From: Raillietiella orientalis
Lineage: Eukaryota
Direction of reading: 5' to 3'
NCBI GenBank assembly: GCA_036172245.1
Contig: JAYWIR010000005.1
Coordinates: 4,526,001-4,590,000, forward strand
DNA: 64,000 bases
Notes under the pieces: model-generated
Seen by the model: only the letters and a program-made list of their open reading frames with translations
The model's database searches: none
Told to the model about the DNA's origin: nothing
Translations under genes and position numbers: made by a program
Shown here: piece by piece, positions 11,230 through 23,749 of the stretch
Numbering within the stretch: position 1 is the stretch's first letter
Layout: each line of letters begins with the position of its first letter

Positions 11230-13442
11230 CCTCCCACCCGCGATCGGGTGGAGGGTCACCAGATGCGGGGACCACAGAAAGACCTTACGAGAGCGCGAGG
11301 ACAAATGATTCCACCCGGTGTCCTCCTCGGAAGAGATGCCGCCTCACCAAAACACCCGGCACGTCGTGAGGGACACCCTCGGGCGGCGCTCCTGTCCGAA
11401 CGCACGCGCACCCGGGATGTTGCAGGACCGCGCACCCACCTTGCCGAAAGTACTAACCCCACTCCGGCCACCTCGGGACCGGCGCACCCGTCCGCTCATT
11501 CCGGAGCGCGGGGGCGCGACCAGAATGCGCGGGCACGGCAGACTCGAGCAGCCCAGGTCGGCGAAGGGCGAAGTCGGCATCCGGCGACCCTTCTGCCCCA
11601 TCCGGAATCCGATGAACCGGTCCGGTCCGGGAAGCGACCTCGGAGCAGAGCCTACAGCGCGCGCGGCACGCCCTTCCACACCAGTGACCTGCGCTCCGCT
11701 TCCTCCTCTTTCTCTTCCCGCGCCCACCGCGCACCCTATCCCATCGCGAGCCGGCCGCCTCCCCCTGGTTGCGTCCCCTGGGCCGCTCCTCTCTGTCACA
11801 GATCGAATGCCCTCAGCGCGCGCCGCACGGGAAACCTTTTCTCGGGAGCTTCCGGACCAGGAAGCGTCCCGCTTCCCGGACGCCGCCCCCGATTTCCAGC
11901 CGACGGAGGAGCAGCCTGAGGACGCGCAGGCGGATGCGAGCCGCGAACCGCGCTGCCGGCACCATCGCCCGCAGCCATCCGCACGGAGGCGCACTGTCCT
12001 CGCCCACCATCGCGCGCGCCCCGCGAGAAATGGTGTCTGGCGTCTGGAGGTCGCCGGATGCCGGACGTCGACTCGCATCTCCCGGCGCACCGAACAGGAA
12101 GACGAGATCAGGTCGGGACGTGTCACTTCGGGAGCGCCTCCGAGCGTAACCCTCTCCCATAATAATGAATAAAACCTACAATACAACAAAATACCTCAAC
12201 ACATACACCGGCTGGTTCGGGAGAACAAGAAAACACCGGCACGAGAACGCTCACGTGTCCTCCGAGAGGGCGTCCTCCGATGGTCGGCTGGCCACGCTCT
12301 TCTCTCGAAGAGCAGGCGGAGCGGGGGCTGCTCGCGAAGGGCACCTCTGCAGGCGTGTCCCGCTGACGTGTCGGCTGCAACCCCTAGCCGGGCGCAGTGC
12401 AGAGGCGCTAGGAGTTCGCAAGTCGAAGGGGTCCGCCCGCCCGAAGGCGTTTCGGGGCGGAGGGCTAGCGCTTGAGAACACGCGATGCTCGCGCGAAGGC
12501 GGCAACGAACTTGAGGAAGCGTCCTCGAAGGTCTGCCGGTGCGGAGACCCCCCGGCCGAACGTCGCCCACTAGGCAGTTGCACCCTCCGATTCCCCTGCG
12601 TGAGAGGGAGTGGAGCTCACTTGACCGGAGAGGAAACGGTGTCGAAGCTGGACGTCGCGTCCCAAGCCGAGCCGCCAGACGCTCCAGCCCAAGGCTGGTT
12701 GGTCCGTCTTCAGAGCCGCGGTCGGCGAGCTGCGAGAATGACGGGCCACCTTTCCCCTCGCCCTTCGCGTGCGCCCTCGAAATTGCAAACTAACTACGTA
12801 AACAAATGAAAGCCCTCCTTAATAAATAGAGAAAGAAATAAAGCAAATTTCGGGAATTCGCAGGATAAGGGGGAGACTTCCTCTTCCTTGCTTCCATGGA
12901 ACGATGGTAAACGAGTGGCTTGGCATTCCGAAAAAGGCGAAACGAGGTGTCGACAACAGCGGAAGGACGGAAGCCCTCCTGTCGCCGGAGGCATTCTCGG
13001 GTTCAGCGCGAGAGCGCCCTGCGTGCCCAGCGCCGCCGACGAGGGAGGCCTCCGGGGCAGCCCCCGCGGCTTCCCCGACTTCTTGCCCGGATCGCCGCGT
13101 CTTGCATCGAGTCTTGGCAGGAAGGAAGGGAGGGGAGGGACCGCGGAAGAAGCGGAGCAGCATCCGCGGTACACGACGACGGACCTACCACCGTCAGGAA
13201 AGCGCGTGGCCGCGGCGGGAGACCCCGCCGGTTACCCCGCCGTCGGCAATCCTGTCAACGGGCGGGCTGCCCTTCGGCTCTAGGTCGCTGCGTCGCCCTA
13301 TCCTGCGTTCAGAGTGCTGGAATTTGTACTAGCTGGAACGGTTCCTCCGACCCTTTGGGACCGTTTTCAAGACATGAGGACAGAGGTCAGACCTGTCCTC
13401 TTGTCCAGGCAGAGGTTGAAGAGGGTGGGGTGGGGTGGGGTG
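11230..13442 (+). repeat. Large inverted repeat IR1, left copy
   Basis: Reverse complement of 49,612-51,822 (x maps to 63,054-x); matching ORF translations in several frames; 7 substitutions found by eye in 11,258-11,496. Confidence 0.98.
11258..12175 (+). mobile_element. LINE 3' fragment inside IR1
   Basis: 'SSFSSRAHRAPYPIASR..GCVPWAAPLCHRS...GNLFSG' is zf-RVT-like; ends at AATAATGAATAAAA (~12,161-12,174). Confidence 0.45.
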
Positions 13443-14850
13443 GCACCGACCTAATCTCTATGAAGCCTTCCTTCTTCTCGTAGGATCACGGGCCTTCCTT
13501 TTTGTGCTTCCTCTCCTGCTCCTTCCCCAAACGGAGCCAGCGTCTGTGGAAGGATGGAAGCCTTGCTTCTCTACTCTTTCAAATTCGAGAGTGCGACTGC
13601 GGAGGAAGCCTCTTCTCGAAAGGTGAGTGAGAGCAATCGCTCTTTAAGCGGGGTTGAGATGAAAGATAGGAGTAAGGGGCCCGCTGCCTTTTGATTCTAC
13701 AATGAACCATAAATCATATTCCGAGAGATCCTTGTCAAACGAGAAGGCGCGCTCCCGGGAAGTGATTTTGAAAAAATCCAATTTTCCCTCCCTCACTTCC
13801 AAAAAAAAGAACTTGAGGGGGAGGGTGGGAAAGGAAGGTCTGAAAGGGAATGCGGGAGGATCCAGTTTTTAAAAACTGGCGCTGCTGAAAATGGTTCAGC
13901 ACGGTGCGACTTTCAGTAATGATGACCACGGGAACCATGGTGTGCCCACTGGTTTCCACCATCTTCGATGCTCCTTTGCCATGCGTCCACACTGAAGGAT
14001 AGAGAAACTGGGGTGCTCCTGACGCGTCCGAAGACCAGCGAGCTGGACGATCCTTCTGTAATTGGTTCGCACGCTCGGGGGAGTCGGGCAAGTCGGGGAA
14101 GTGCAGCAGCAGCGCCACTCCCGGCCAAAGGCGGAAATTTTCAAGTGCGCGAGTCAGCGACTCCGGCAGCGCGAAGAGAAGCGGCATTCTGTCTTTTCTC
14201 CTCCTTCTTGATTCCTGCAGCTCTTGCAACAAACAAACCCGCCAGGAAGGGGTGTGTTGGGTTTCCTTCCCCAATGTTCGACGTCAGCCAGGATTGCTGG
14301 AAACGGAGTGCCCCCTTTTATCGTGGGCGCGTACTACTCGGTACGTCGGCACCTCGGCGAACCTTTCCCATTCATCCAGGAACCGCTCTCTGTGGGACTG
14401 TTTGCAGCGAGGCAGTCGCGGGATGTGAAGGCTGGTCGCTCATTACTAACTGACGATTTTCAAGCACACCCTCGACGCGAGCATCAGATGAGGATCAGCT
14501 GTCGTGTCCTAATGGATCGGCGAAAGAGGCTCTGAATGCCGGAAAGTTTCGCCGAGCACCCGAACTTTGCAGCAGCTGACACTCGTTGAGCAGCGGGGAG
14601 AATGCAGGATGATGCGGCCGGGAAGGAGTCCAGCCTTCCCGAGAAACGGCGGGAAGGAGAACGCGAGGGTTGGAGCGAGGAAATCGGCGGTGCTGCTCCC
14701 GGTTCTTGCGTTCAGAGGTTGCACAACGTTCGTCTCACGCTGCGGGTGCCAGGAAGTCGCGAAGGTGGACTGCAAGCAGTGGTCTCTCTCTGAAGAGCGC
14801 TGAAGGTCGATGAGGAATGCCTTTCGAACGAGGTCGAAATGGATGGATGC
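12860..14850 (+). mobile_element. Decayed L1-clade LINE RT region crossing the IR1 inner boundary
   Basis: Collinear remnants: 'SECWNLY', 'GWKPCFSTLSN' (WRPISLLN), 'GSDFEKI' (LDFEKAF), 'TTGTMVCPLVSTIF' (G..QGCPLS..LF), 'WKRSAPFYRGRVLL', 'MRISCRVL'. Confidence 0.65.
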
Positions 14851-15039
14851 GATGCTCTCGGCAGTAGCGCATAGAGCTGACGAAGCACATCACCTTAGAA
14901 GCACACCTTTGTGAACATCATACCGTGTACTAAATGCAAACGATAGGGGAGTTTGCATTTGTGAAGAATACCGGACAGCAGATGCTACTGACCTTCTTAA
15001 ATGTTTCCGGAAAAACACACACAAAAAATAATACTGTTA

Positions 15040-17300
15040 GCAGGCATCTTTCCTACTGCAACTTCCTCCGACTTGCTGTTGATTCTGCCATTGCTGTTCT
15101 AAAATCATCTTCGTTCATTGTTCCTAAAACCTCTGGTTCGATGAAGAAACTGTAGATGTAGTCTGATGCTACCCAGAGTAGCATCAGACTACATCTACTC
15201 CACATCTACAGTTTCTTCATCTTGAGAGCTACTCTGGGTTCCCGGAATAGCTCTCAAGATTTCTTAGAAACGGTGCTTGAAGATCTTTCCAGGCTATGCG
15301 TTCCCTTTATAAAGTAAATTCTTGACTGAATCTCCTCGTCGTATTTCTCTGGTTCGCTTCAACACGGGCAAAGCGGGTAGCGGGATTACAAGCGAACCCA
15401 CGAACAGCAAGGTGGCTGGTACTCGGCTGAAGTCGAGGATCTGAAGAAGAGGAGCAGACCAGCAGCATTATATACGGAGGAGCCCAGATGAAAGAAGCGG
15501 TCAGAGGTTTCCGAAAGTCAGAGGTCGACCTTACCACAAGAAGAAGGGGAACTAGCTCTGCTCTACGACTCATCCTTCCATGTTTCCACGCGCTTTGACA
15601 GCTTTGATCTGTCAATGACGAGACCTTGGTTTTCCACCTTCGTGCTCATGGGAAGGTAAGGATGCGTAGCTATACCAAGAGTACAGACTTGATAGCGATG
15701 CTTTGGACTGGGGATTGCGGAGGAGGCTAATCTGAAAGGAAACATAGGAGGAGATAGAGCTCCGAACTTTCCCGTAGCTTGAAGAAGCAGATTTTCACCC
15801 ATTGAAAATGAAGTCACCGAAAGAGCCTTCGAGAGGGATATGCATGCAGATCCGTTAGGGGGAGGAACGAACAGTCTGTTCCTCCTCCTCATTGGAATGG
15901 AGAGATCTTTGGCTGAATTCGGGCGTGAATTTTCATCAGAAGGCATGGAAGTGTCGGATCGATGCTTCATGATCCTTGTGCATGAGGGAATTTGAAACAA
16001 ATTGAGGAGAACAGAGGATAGACCTGATGCACACGAGGAAAAGGATCCTGTAGGCGAGGCATGCAAGGCGTCTAAAAAGAATCAGGATACTGCAAGCGCT
16101 GGAATCTTGGCTCAGTGAAAACACAGCTCTTGACAAGAGATTCTGAGGCTGAAAAGGCAGGGTAGCAATGCCTCTTCGAAGCATCGTATGTGAAAAATTT
16201 TGGTATACGGAACAAATAGTCGGGGAGAATTTTCCAAACCTCCTTCATCTGGGCACCCTGTCGGAGGTCCTTTTTCAGCCTGAAAAAGTGCACAAGAGGA
16301 AATGTCCACTGTGGAATGCAGACAAAATGTCGAGGCAGGGGCAGGAAGGAAGTTTTCTTCCTACACGCTTGTTCCACATTTACCAATGGTCGATCCGGTC
16401 GCCCATGCCTGCGAGGTGTCTCCAGAAAATCGTCCAGCAGCGCTGGAAGTCGCTGCTCATCTCCCCTTTTTCGAGAGTGCCATCCACCTCTTTGGGCTTT
16501 GTAGCTTTCCGGGTCCAAGAGGTCTCACCGCGAGGCCAATTGCCGAGACGAAGTGCAAATCCCACTGATCTTTGTTCTCCTTCCTTTCCCTTGTTTCCTC
16601 TGATGCTATTGGGTTTCTTGCGAATGGGGAAGAGAGGCCGTGTATTACTAGTCCCGTTCTTTTCTCTATAGCTCCAGAGCAATTTAGAGGCTGGAGTCCG
16701 TCCTAAAGTCACCATGAGACCTGTTCATTTTCAGAGGTGGTCCAGAACGTGCACATGCACCAGCTGTGCTGGATGTTCGTGCACATCTTCACATTCTCTG
16801 CCAGCGGGCGGGGAATCTCCAGTGATCTCAGTACCTTATTCTTAGGAGCGCAGGCTCCTAGCAATCCTACCAGAAATGCTCTCACTGGCGGCCGGAGGAA
16901 GAAACAGAGCTCCTTCCTTTGCGGCATTTCCAGCATCGTTGCCGCATCCTCGCAAGGGGCGGTTGCAGCACCGAGGATGTTGCCTGCCCTTCCGGAGCAC
17001 CAATCCCGGAAAAAGAGTCTCACGATGCCTTCTACGACTGGTTGGCTTGAGGTCCACAGGTTCCCAGCTTTCCAGCATCACTTCGCAGGGTCCATCCCTG
17101 ATCAGGCGGTCCGGATGGTCGTCCCCCTTGGCGATGAAATAGGAGTTCTGGACGCAGCGCGATTCAGATAGTGCGTCGGTGACTCTCGCCGTACCGAGCA
17201 TCTTCTACGGTTGGGATTATAACTTCTGCTTGTAGTCTTCACTCGCACAGACAGCAGACTTAAGAGGGCACCGTGTAGGAAGCGATAGTGGGTGATCCGT
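15040..17300 (+). mobile_element. Decayed L1-clade LINE ORF2 (EN remnant, RT, post-RT)
   Basis: 'KAWKCRID', 'FWYTEQIVGENF', 'LFQPEKVH', 'FTNGRSGRPCLRGVSR..SSPLF', 'TLFLGA' and 'VVPLGDEIGVLD' in the expected order. Confidence 0.6.
15140..15260. repeat. Compound palindrome / hairpin cluster
   Basis: Perfect 21-bp arms 15,152-15,172 / 15,178-15,198 with a 5-nt loop; 20-bp arms 15,140-15,159 / 15,202-15,221; 13-bp arms 15,219-15,231 / 15,248-15,260. Confidence 0.97.
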
Positions 17301-18299
17301 CCAGGAAAGAGGAATGCACGACCAGGGATGAGAATGGATGCTCGTTTACACTTTTCCCCGTTCGGAGTGATTTTTTAAGTGAAGCCACGTGTATTTTGAG
17401 GAGCTGTTCAGTCCTGATGTCCCTCTACGCCAGTGTCCTACACTATTCTGAAAGACTGGAAAGACAAATGATTCGGTGAAGATGCAAAAGATGGGGATGA
17501 CCGGAAATCATCGTTACTATAAAATATTTTCTTGCTATTCACCTGACAGCAGGGTGCTACAAATTCCTTGCTGATTCTCTGTCCCTCTTGTGTCTAAGAG
17601 ACCCTCTCTTCAGCACTTCTTAGTGGCTTCTCTTCGAAGGGAAAATTTACGACTGTGGGGACTGAGATTATTTTTCTTCATATGCTCTACTGAGATTGCA
17701 AGCCGCAAATCGAGCAGGTACCGTGGGCACGGATGATATTCTGACGCATAGAAAGTGTCTGGACAATGGGTATTCTGAGAACTGTGCTTAGAGGTGTTCT
17801 TAAGAAACCAAAATGCATTATGAGTCGCAAAAACGGCCGAGTTAATGGAACTTCACTTCGGACGGCTCTCAGTCCAGTCCGATGAATGCCCTCAAGAGTT
17901 GCCACTAATATGAAAATGGTGAAGCAGACACGGGTGTGCATATCAACCAAGCCAATCAGGGAAAGTCAAGGAGTATCTCTCTGTAGATCCTGGAGTTCCG
18001 ATGCATTTGGTCCTGGGTTGATTAGCACGAATCATGAAGCGATTTCGGGGAAGGGGGGGGGGGATGCTATTTTTCCACTCTCGTTTAAGCAGCATGGTGT
18101 AGGATGCCAGGCGCTGTCGTTTTTCCTCCGCGGGAAAATACGCAAGCAGGTGTTGGAGGATTTCCCTTGACCCTTGCCCAGCTCTCTTCAAAGGTACGCT
18201 CGAAGAAAGAGGTCCTTTCGTTCTTCTTCTTATAAGTTTGACAGTTATATAATCTTTGTGATTTGAAAGTATTTCTTACACACTCAGCATGTCCTTTCT

Positions 18300-20900
18300 T
18301 TTTTTTTTCCTCCTTAAACTGAAGTCCGAACTTTATAAACAAAACCGCTTTGGACTGGAGACCCAAGACGAAGGGATGGTCAAACCGCGAGTTTGCACTA
18401 TTAGTGGGAATTGAATGCGCTGCTGTCCAGTTCCCAAAAAAATAAGTACGGGGACTTGTTCCGGTTCATGGGAAGCTACAACACTATCAACTATGAAACT
18501 ACTGGCAGTAACTCCATGACAACAACCTTATTTGATGATAGCTCTATTGGCTTGAAGAAACCTTCATGATCACGAGCAAGGAAAGAAGGAAACGATTCTT
18601 CCCACCTTTCTCAAGGAGATACTTTTCAAGGTACTAAACAAAATCCCTCAAGAATTATCAAAGCAACGTTGACATCCCTAAAAAATACTTACTGTGGCAT
18701 TGCTAAAAATCCTGCAATGGGCGTGGCTGATGCCAAGGACGTGCTCGCCTTGGTTCCAGAACTTCTGCAGACATGGTTTTCTCCAGGTTCTGTCCCAGAA
18801 TGTCATCGGCATCTGCAGAGAAAGTGAGGTCTCGGTGAGGTGGTTCCGGTCTCACTGACTTCGGTAATTGCCTCCGTTCTGCTTTCTCGACAGATTAAAG
18901 GAAAGCTTCGAAGGTTGCATCTTTTGTGCGCTTTCAGCGCAGCAGATCACAAAACCTTCAACTCGCAAAGGAATCTGGCAGTTCCTTTGCGAAGGAGCAA
19001 AGGAACTACCAGAAGGTGGCGCCTAGGAGAGGATCGACCTGTGGCAACTCAGATGGATCCAGCATCTACGGATGCAGTGACAAAGAACCGGGCAGTGTGA
19101 CCGCACGGCATCTTCCATTTTCCACTAAACGTGCCTTCTGTTCTGTTGAATCTCAGAAAACTCCTTCGGGTTGTAACTTCAAGGAAATTCACGAAGGAAG
19201 ACAAGACCACTGAGCAAAGTGGGAACATTTGGGAATTTCAAGGATGATTTTTATCCGGGAATGGTTCCAACTCAAGAGAAACCTCGTCCGTATGTCTCAG
19301 CTTGTGTCGGATATGTCCTGGAAACGTTGAAGTTTCTAGAAGTCAGGATGCCGCGTTCTTGCTTCCCTCTACTTTTCTGGAAACGGCTGGCTAAAGAGTA
19401 GCAGTTTACTCAGCAGTTTATGGAGGCAAACTGGTCCTGAGAATTGATGATCCCTTTAATTATCTTCACGACCTACACGAGTTACCTCCTGTGGACCCTC
19501 TTGTTCCCTCTTGCTTTGGGGAGGGTATTGAGATTTACTTTCGAAGCCGCGCGATTATCCAGGCAATGCAACAGTAGTTCTACGATCTTATTCCATAGAA
19601 TGCAGGCTATTCCAGTTTGCGGTGAATCCATTGGTGAGGATATCAGTCCAAGAAGCCTCGAGGCTGCAATCGGTGGACATCTCATCGAGTGTGTCCTTCA
19701 GCCTCCGCCCACGTTTCTGGAGATGCTGTTGTGATCTGAAAATCCGTGTCTTCGCTGGAGGAACCTCGGATCAAATCCTGAGCCTAGATGCCTTCGCAGC
19801 AGCTCAAAGGCTGCCTTAACCAAGTCGAAGACTTTCACGATCCAGCGGCTGGAGACCCGAGAGGCGAAAGGCACCTGAAGAACACTCCAAGGAGTGCTCT
19901 TCAGATGAGCGTCTATCAAGATCCCCAGGGATCCGGCAGAAAAGTGAGCGGGTGCTAAGATAGGCCAGGACAAAGAGAGTCGAAGACGATCTTTGTGGTG
20001 ACGGCAGGTATTCTCGGAGGAGCGGACGCTGACGTACGAGACCGTTCTTCCGAGCCCTGAGCTGTTAGATCCAAAGAAGCAGCTTCCGAAACGAGATCTC
20101 GTGTCCGGTCGGCTGAGCGTTCCCGGCTCCGAAGAGCCAGAAATGCGGCCGGGAGCAGTCGGGAAAAGCAGAGGAGTCTTCCTCCTCCTCGATCCTCTCC
20201 CGATCCACTGCGAGAATGCCCCCCTCTCCCTTCCCCCAGGGATCCCATCCTCCCGCTTTCGAGGTCGCGTTGCTGCGGAGACGAATCTTCTCCCCCCACG
20301 TCGAGTTTTCCCGCCGCTGCCGACGCGCGAGCAAATTGGCCTTCACGGGGGATGAATGATTCTTCCGCCGTGCGGCTTCTCACGTTATCTCGAAGAATTC
20401 GAGGTTGCCGGGGGAAGATCGATGGGGGAGGAATCACAGCCATCAGCAGTTTCCACGACAGCCGCGAATTCCGGCCACCTTCTGGGCACCTCTGACCCAC
20501 CCGCGGCTATGAGAGGAGGAGGGGGGGAGGAATTCTGGAATCTGGGATGGAAGGCGGGCGGCAGGGATCGCCGAGCGGTTCCGCGCGCGACTGCCCCCCT
20601 CCCTCGTTCTTCCCCTTGAGGCCGGCGAAGCTCCACGTGCTACCTCTCGCCCGCCCGACAGAGAGAAAGCAACGCCGTTCGAAAGTTCCGGCGGCTCCCC
20701 CCCTCCCCCTCCCGGCAGGAACCTCCTCAGAGCCCGGCACTTTCTTTGAAGGCAGCCGGCCGGCCGGTCAGCATGCGCGCGTGATGTCGGTTCCAAGAAT
20801 TCGGCGCATGCCCGTCCCGTAATTTGCGACGACACGCTGAGCCTATGGTAGGCATGACGTATCTTTTGGTAGGTCCTCTCATCTCTGGTGATGCTGAGAG
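18300..20900 (+). mobile_element. Decayed L1-clade LINE ORF2 (EN through RT)
   Basis: Collinear remnants: 'FMGSYNT' (GDFN), 'DTFQG..SRII', 'EDISPRSLEAAI', 'GWRP', 'LLDPKK', 'PQGS', 'LAFTGDE' (FADD), 'EEFEVAGGRS'. Confidence 0.7.
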
Positions 20901-20952
20901 AAACAGCGGCACGCTCGCCCGGGCTCTGTAAAGAAATTCAAAAGTGATTAGG

Positions 20953-21030
20953 AGGGGGGGGGGGAAGACGAGAGAAAAAAGAAAAAGAAAAAGAAGGAAA
21001 GATCAATAAATAATAATAATAATAATAAAA
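20953..21030. repeat. G-run, purine tract and (AAT)n microsatellite
   Basis: Read directly; lies at the junction of two convergent LINE relics. Confidence 0.9.
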
Positions 21031-22400
21031 GAACCTAGGAGGCGATGAAGAGGGTGAGATAGGTGGGGGAGGAGATAGGTGGGGGAAGACGGGGAACGTC
21101 TGAACGCAGCTGGAACTTCCATTTACCAGGGCCGCTCTGAGAAGGCTTCGAGCGCCTCGTCACCGGGGGCTTTCGCCCCCCGCGCGCCTTGCATTTCGAG
21201 CTGCCTGTATGTGGCATGCGAGCGAACGTGTTCCGCGCGTACACTTGGCGTCCAGCCCCGCTCCTTTCTTTCGGTCATCTGCTGTAGTGCTGCAGTCACG
21301 GCAGAGAGAGAGGAGGGGGGTCGCGTGCGGGCGCCGAAAGTTCAACCGACCGTTCTCAAGGAGGGCCTGAGGGAAATTTTGGGACGGGTTCGCTTTCCAG
21401 AAGCCGCTTGACCCGTCCGCTTTTGAAAGGGCAAAGCCGGAGGATGACGGGCAGATGGCAGTCGCCATGGGCGCAAAAATCGAGGTGGTGCACACTATCA
21501 CGGAAGAGCAGCAGCATGCTGAGAGCGTGCTCCAGAAGAACGTGCAGGAAAAAAGAACACCGGGAAAGTTTCACACGTGAGCGAGGGGGTCGAGTCATCA
21601 TAGATACCGCGATCCGGGGACGGCGGCGTTGCCCGGCAGTGAAACTCATCTTTGAGAGCGAAACGAACAGGCAACAACAACAGAGTGAGTTCGGTGTACA
21701 GGACCGTCGCTTTCCAGCAGCAAAGGCATGAAGCGGAAATCGCTGTAACGTCCCCGCAAGGGACATGACCAAAGGGCTAGAGAAACTAAACCAAACAAGC
21801 CAGCTGGCCCTTGGATATCCGCGAAGTGGCTGCGCGCTATTTCTGTTTTGCTATGCAGAAGAGCAGGAAGGCGTGGATCTGTAGGAAGTGGTGCAAGCAC
21901 TGGGAACGGCATAAGAAATCTGAACTAAAGTCCCATCTCTCTTCTTGTTGATGACGAAGAGGTCCTCCAGCTGCGCCACCAGAGCACTTCCCGAAGACAT
22001 GCTCCTGCTGTTTTCTGTGCGCTTCCCCTGGCTTCCACCGCTTGTTGGCTGCCTGCCGACTTTGCCGCTTCCAAGGTCACAAGGATGGTCAGGTGAGCAG
22101 GCAAACCAACGAGGGAAAGAAACGAGAGCATCGGGAATCATGCAAGGAGGAATTCCGTGTGGTCGGAGGAGTGGGAGCTGCTTTCCGTTCGGGAGCGGCC
22201 TCCACCCCTCAGGGAGATGACGAGTAGGTTCTGTGCCGCCATGGGAACGCGGCTCCCCCACCCTGCAAGAGACGTCGGAGCTCTCCTCGATCCGCAGCGT
22301 TCCGAGAACTCGAGCTTCCCGCCCCGCACCGGGAGAGTACGAGTTTCGTGGGATATGGAAATGGACCTGCAGAACACACATGCTAATAGGTCCGCAAAGA
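21030..22400 (-). mobile_element. Decayed LINE post-RT/CCHC 3' half
   Basis: 'DVSCRVGEPRSHGGT' (VSW..L..P..GGL), 'SFFLHVLLEHAL', 'VCTT' / 'CHL..LCP', 'CHIQAARNARR' (W.IW.ARN). Confidence 0.6.
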
Positions 22401-22599
22401 CAGATAGGTGCTTGTAATGGTATTCGTGCGTGCGTGCGCTTTGCGAGGCCACGAGCGAAAATTTGGAGGTTCGGTCCTGAATTTATGAACTCCAAGACAC
22501 TTAGAACAAAGAAACCGGAACGGTTCCTGGAGCGTATTTCGAGCCTGGTAGTTCGTGTCCCAGATGGCGCCGCAATTAGCATCAGAACTAATTCCTACG

Positions 22600-23700
22600 T
22601 GTTGCCGGCCAGTTGGTTATGAAACATGCTTTCAATTTAACGCGTAGGAGTAATGAGGCTGGAATCGTTCCCATGAGACTGCCGACGTGAAATTCCCGTG
22701 CTTTCCTTGAGCTGCAAACCGGCTCGGGAGTTCGCTTGACAGGACGGAAGCTTTTGACTCTCGCGTCGCCGGAGCACCATTCGTTCTTTAATGATGCTTG
22801 ATTAGGTAACGACCTTCGCTGATTGGGGATCAGGAAAGTGTCTAAAGCGACTCCTGCGAGGAATCTTCTCACTTTTTCCTACGAGATTCCAAACACTGGA
22901 TTCTCATGAATCCCGAATTCCGTCTTCCGCAAGCAGTCCCAAGGAAACACAACTACATACTGAATTTAACTGGACTCTTAATAACATGCAAAACAGATGT
23001 CTTCATTAGAAGTACGATGAAACCCATTTGCTAGTTAAACTGTAATCTCTAAGGCTGCCTAAGAATGAAAATGACTTTCTAAAAGATGAATTGGGGTTCC
23101 CGATGCTGGATGGAAAGGCGTTTGCGCAGTATACGGGTAGGTACAGAAAGACCTCATGTACACATGCAGGTTTCAGTATTGCGAAGACTTCTTTTCCCCC
23201 TTAATTTTCCAGCAAAGAGTAATTAGCAGCATACGTGTGATTTGAGAAACGAAAGAACAATCCTTTTCTAAAGGACGAGGATTCCATTTGTCCTTGACAA
23301 CAGGTACAGAATGGATCCACCAGTGCTGTCTTTATCCAGAGAACAGAGAACGAGAACCGATAAAGTTCTCATGCAGAGGTGGAAGAATACCATGTCCACG
23401 TAAGTCCGTCACGGGCAGACATTGTACACACATGTATATTCCACTGTGCCGAATTCCAAAATCCACTTTAAAGGAAAATTTCCTTCCCCTTCAACGAATC
23501 TTCTTGCATCCGAGGATGCTTCGCTCACTCGATTTCGGGAATCCTAGGGTCCACCTCTTCCTTACTGCTGGTCTCTGTCGAAACGTCTTTGAACTCAACG
23601 ACAGCAAGTCAGGAACGCCCAGGGAAACACGAATTTTCACGACAAGGATCTTTCCGCGTCTGCATCTCACGGGAGTCAAATGATTTGACGATGAATGACT
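22600..23700 (+). mobile_element. Decayed LINE fragment
   Basis: 'VRHGQTLYTHVY' (~23,404; VRQG..LS..LF-like) and 'AGLC..LNDSKS'. Confidence 0.3.
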
Positions 23701-23749
23701 TGATCCATCGTCAAATGAATTTTTCCATGACGATGAACTTCCAAGAAAT

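Noticed and set aside
11203..12809. Long ORFs (214-284 aa) in IR1 and other GC-rich stretches as genes
   Set aside because: They are R/P/G/S-rich ORFs overlapping in several frames on both strands, typical of GC-rich non-coding DNA, with no intact domain.
15140..15260. CRISPR-like array, terminator or tRNA
   Set aside because: The repeats are inverted and overlapping without unique spacers. There are no cas genes, no cloverleaf, and the context is eukaryotic.
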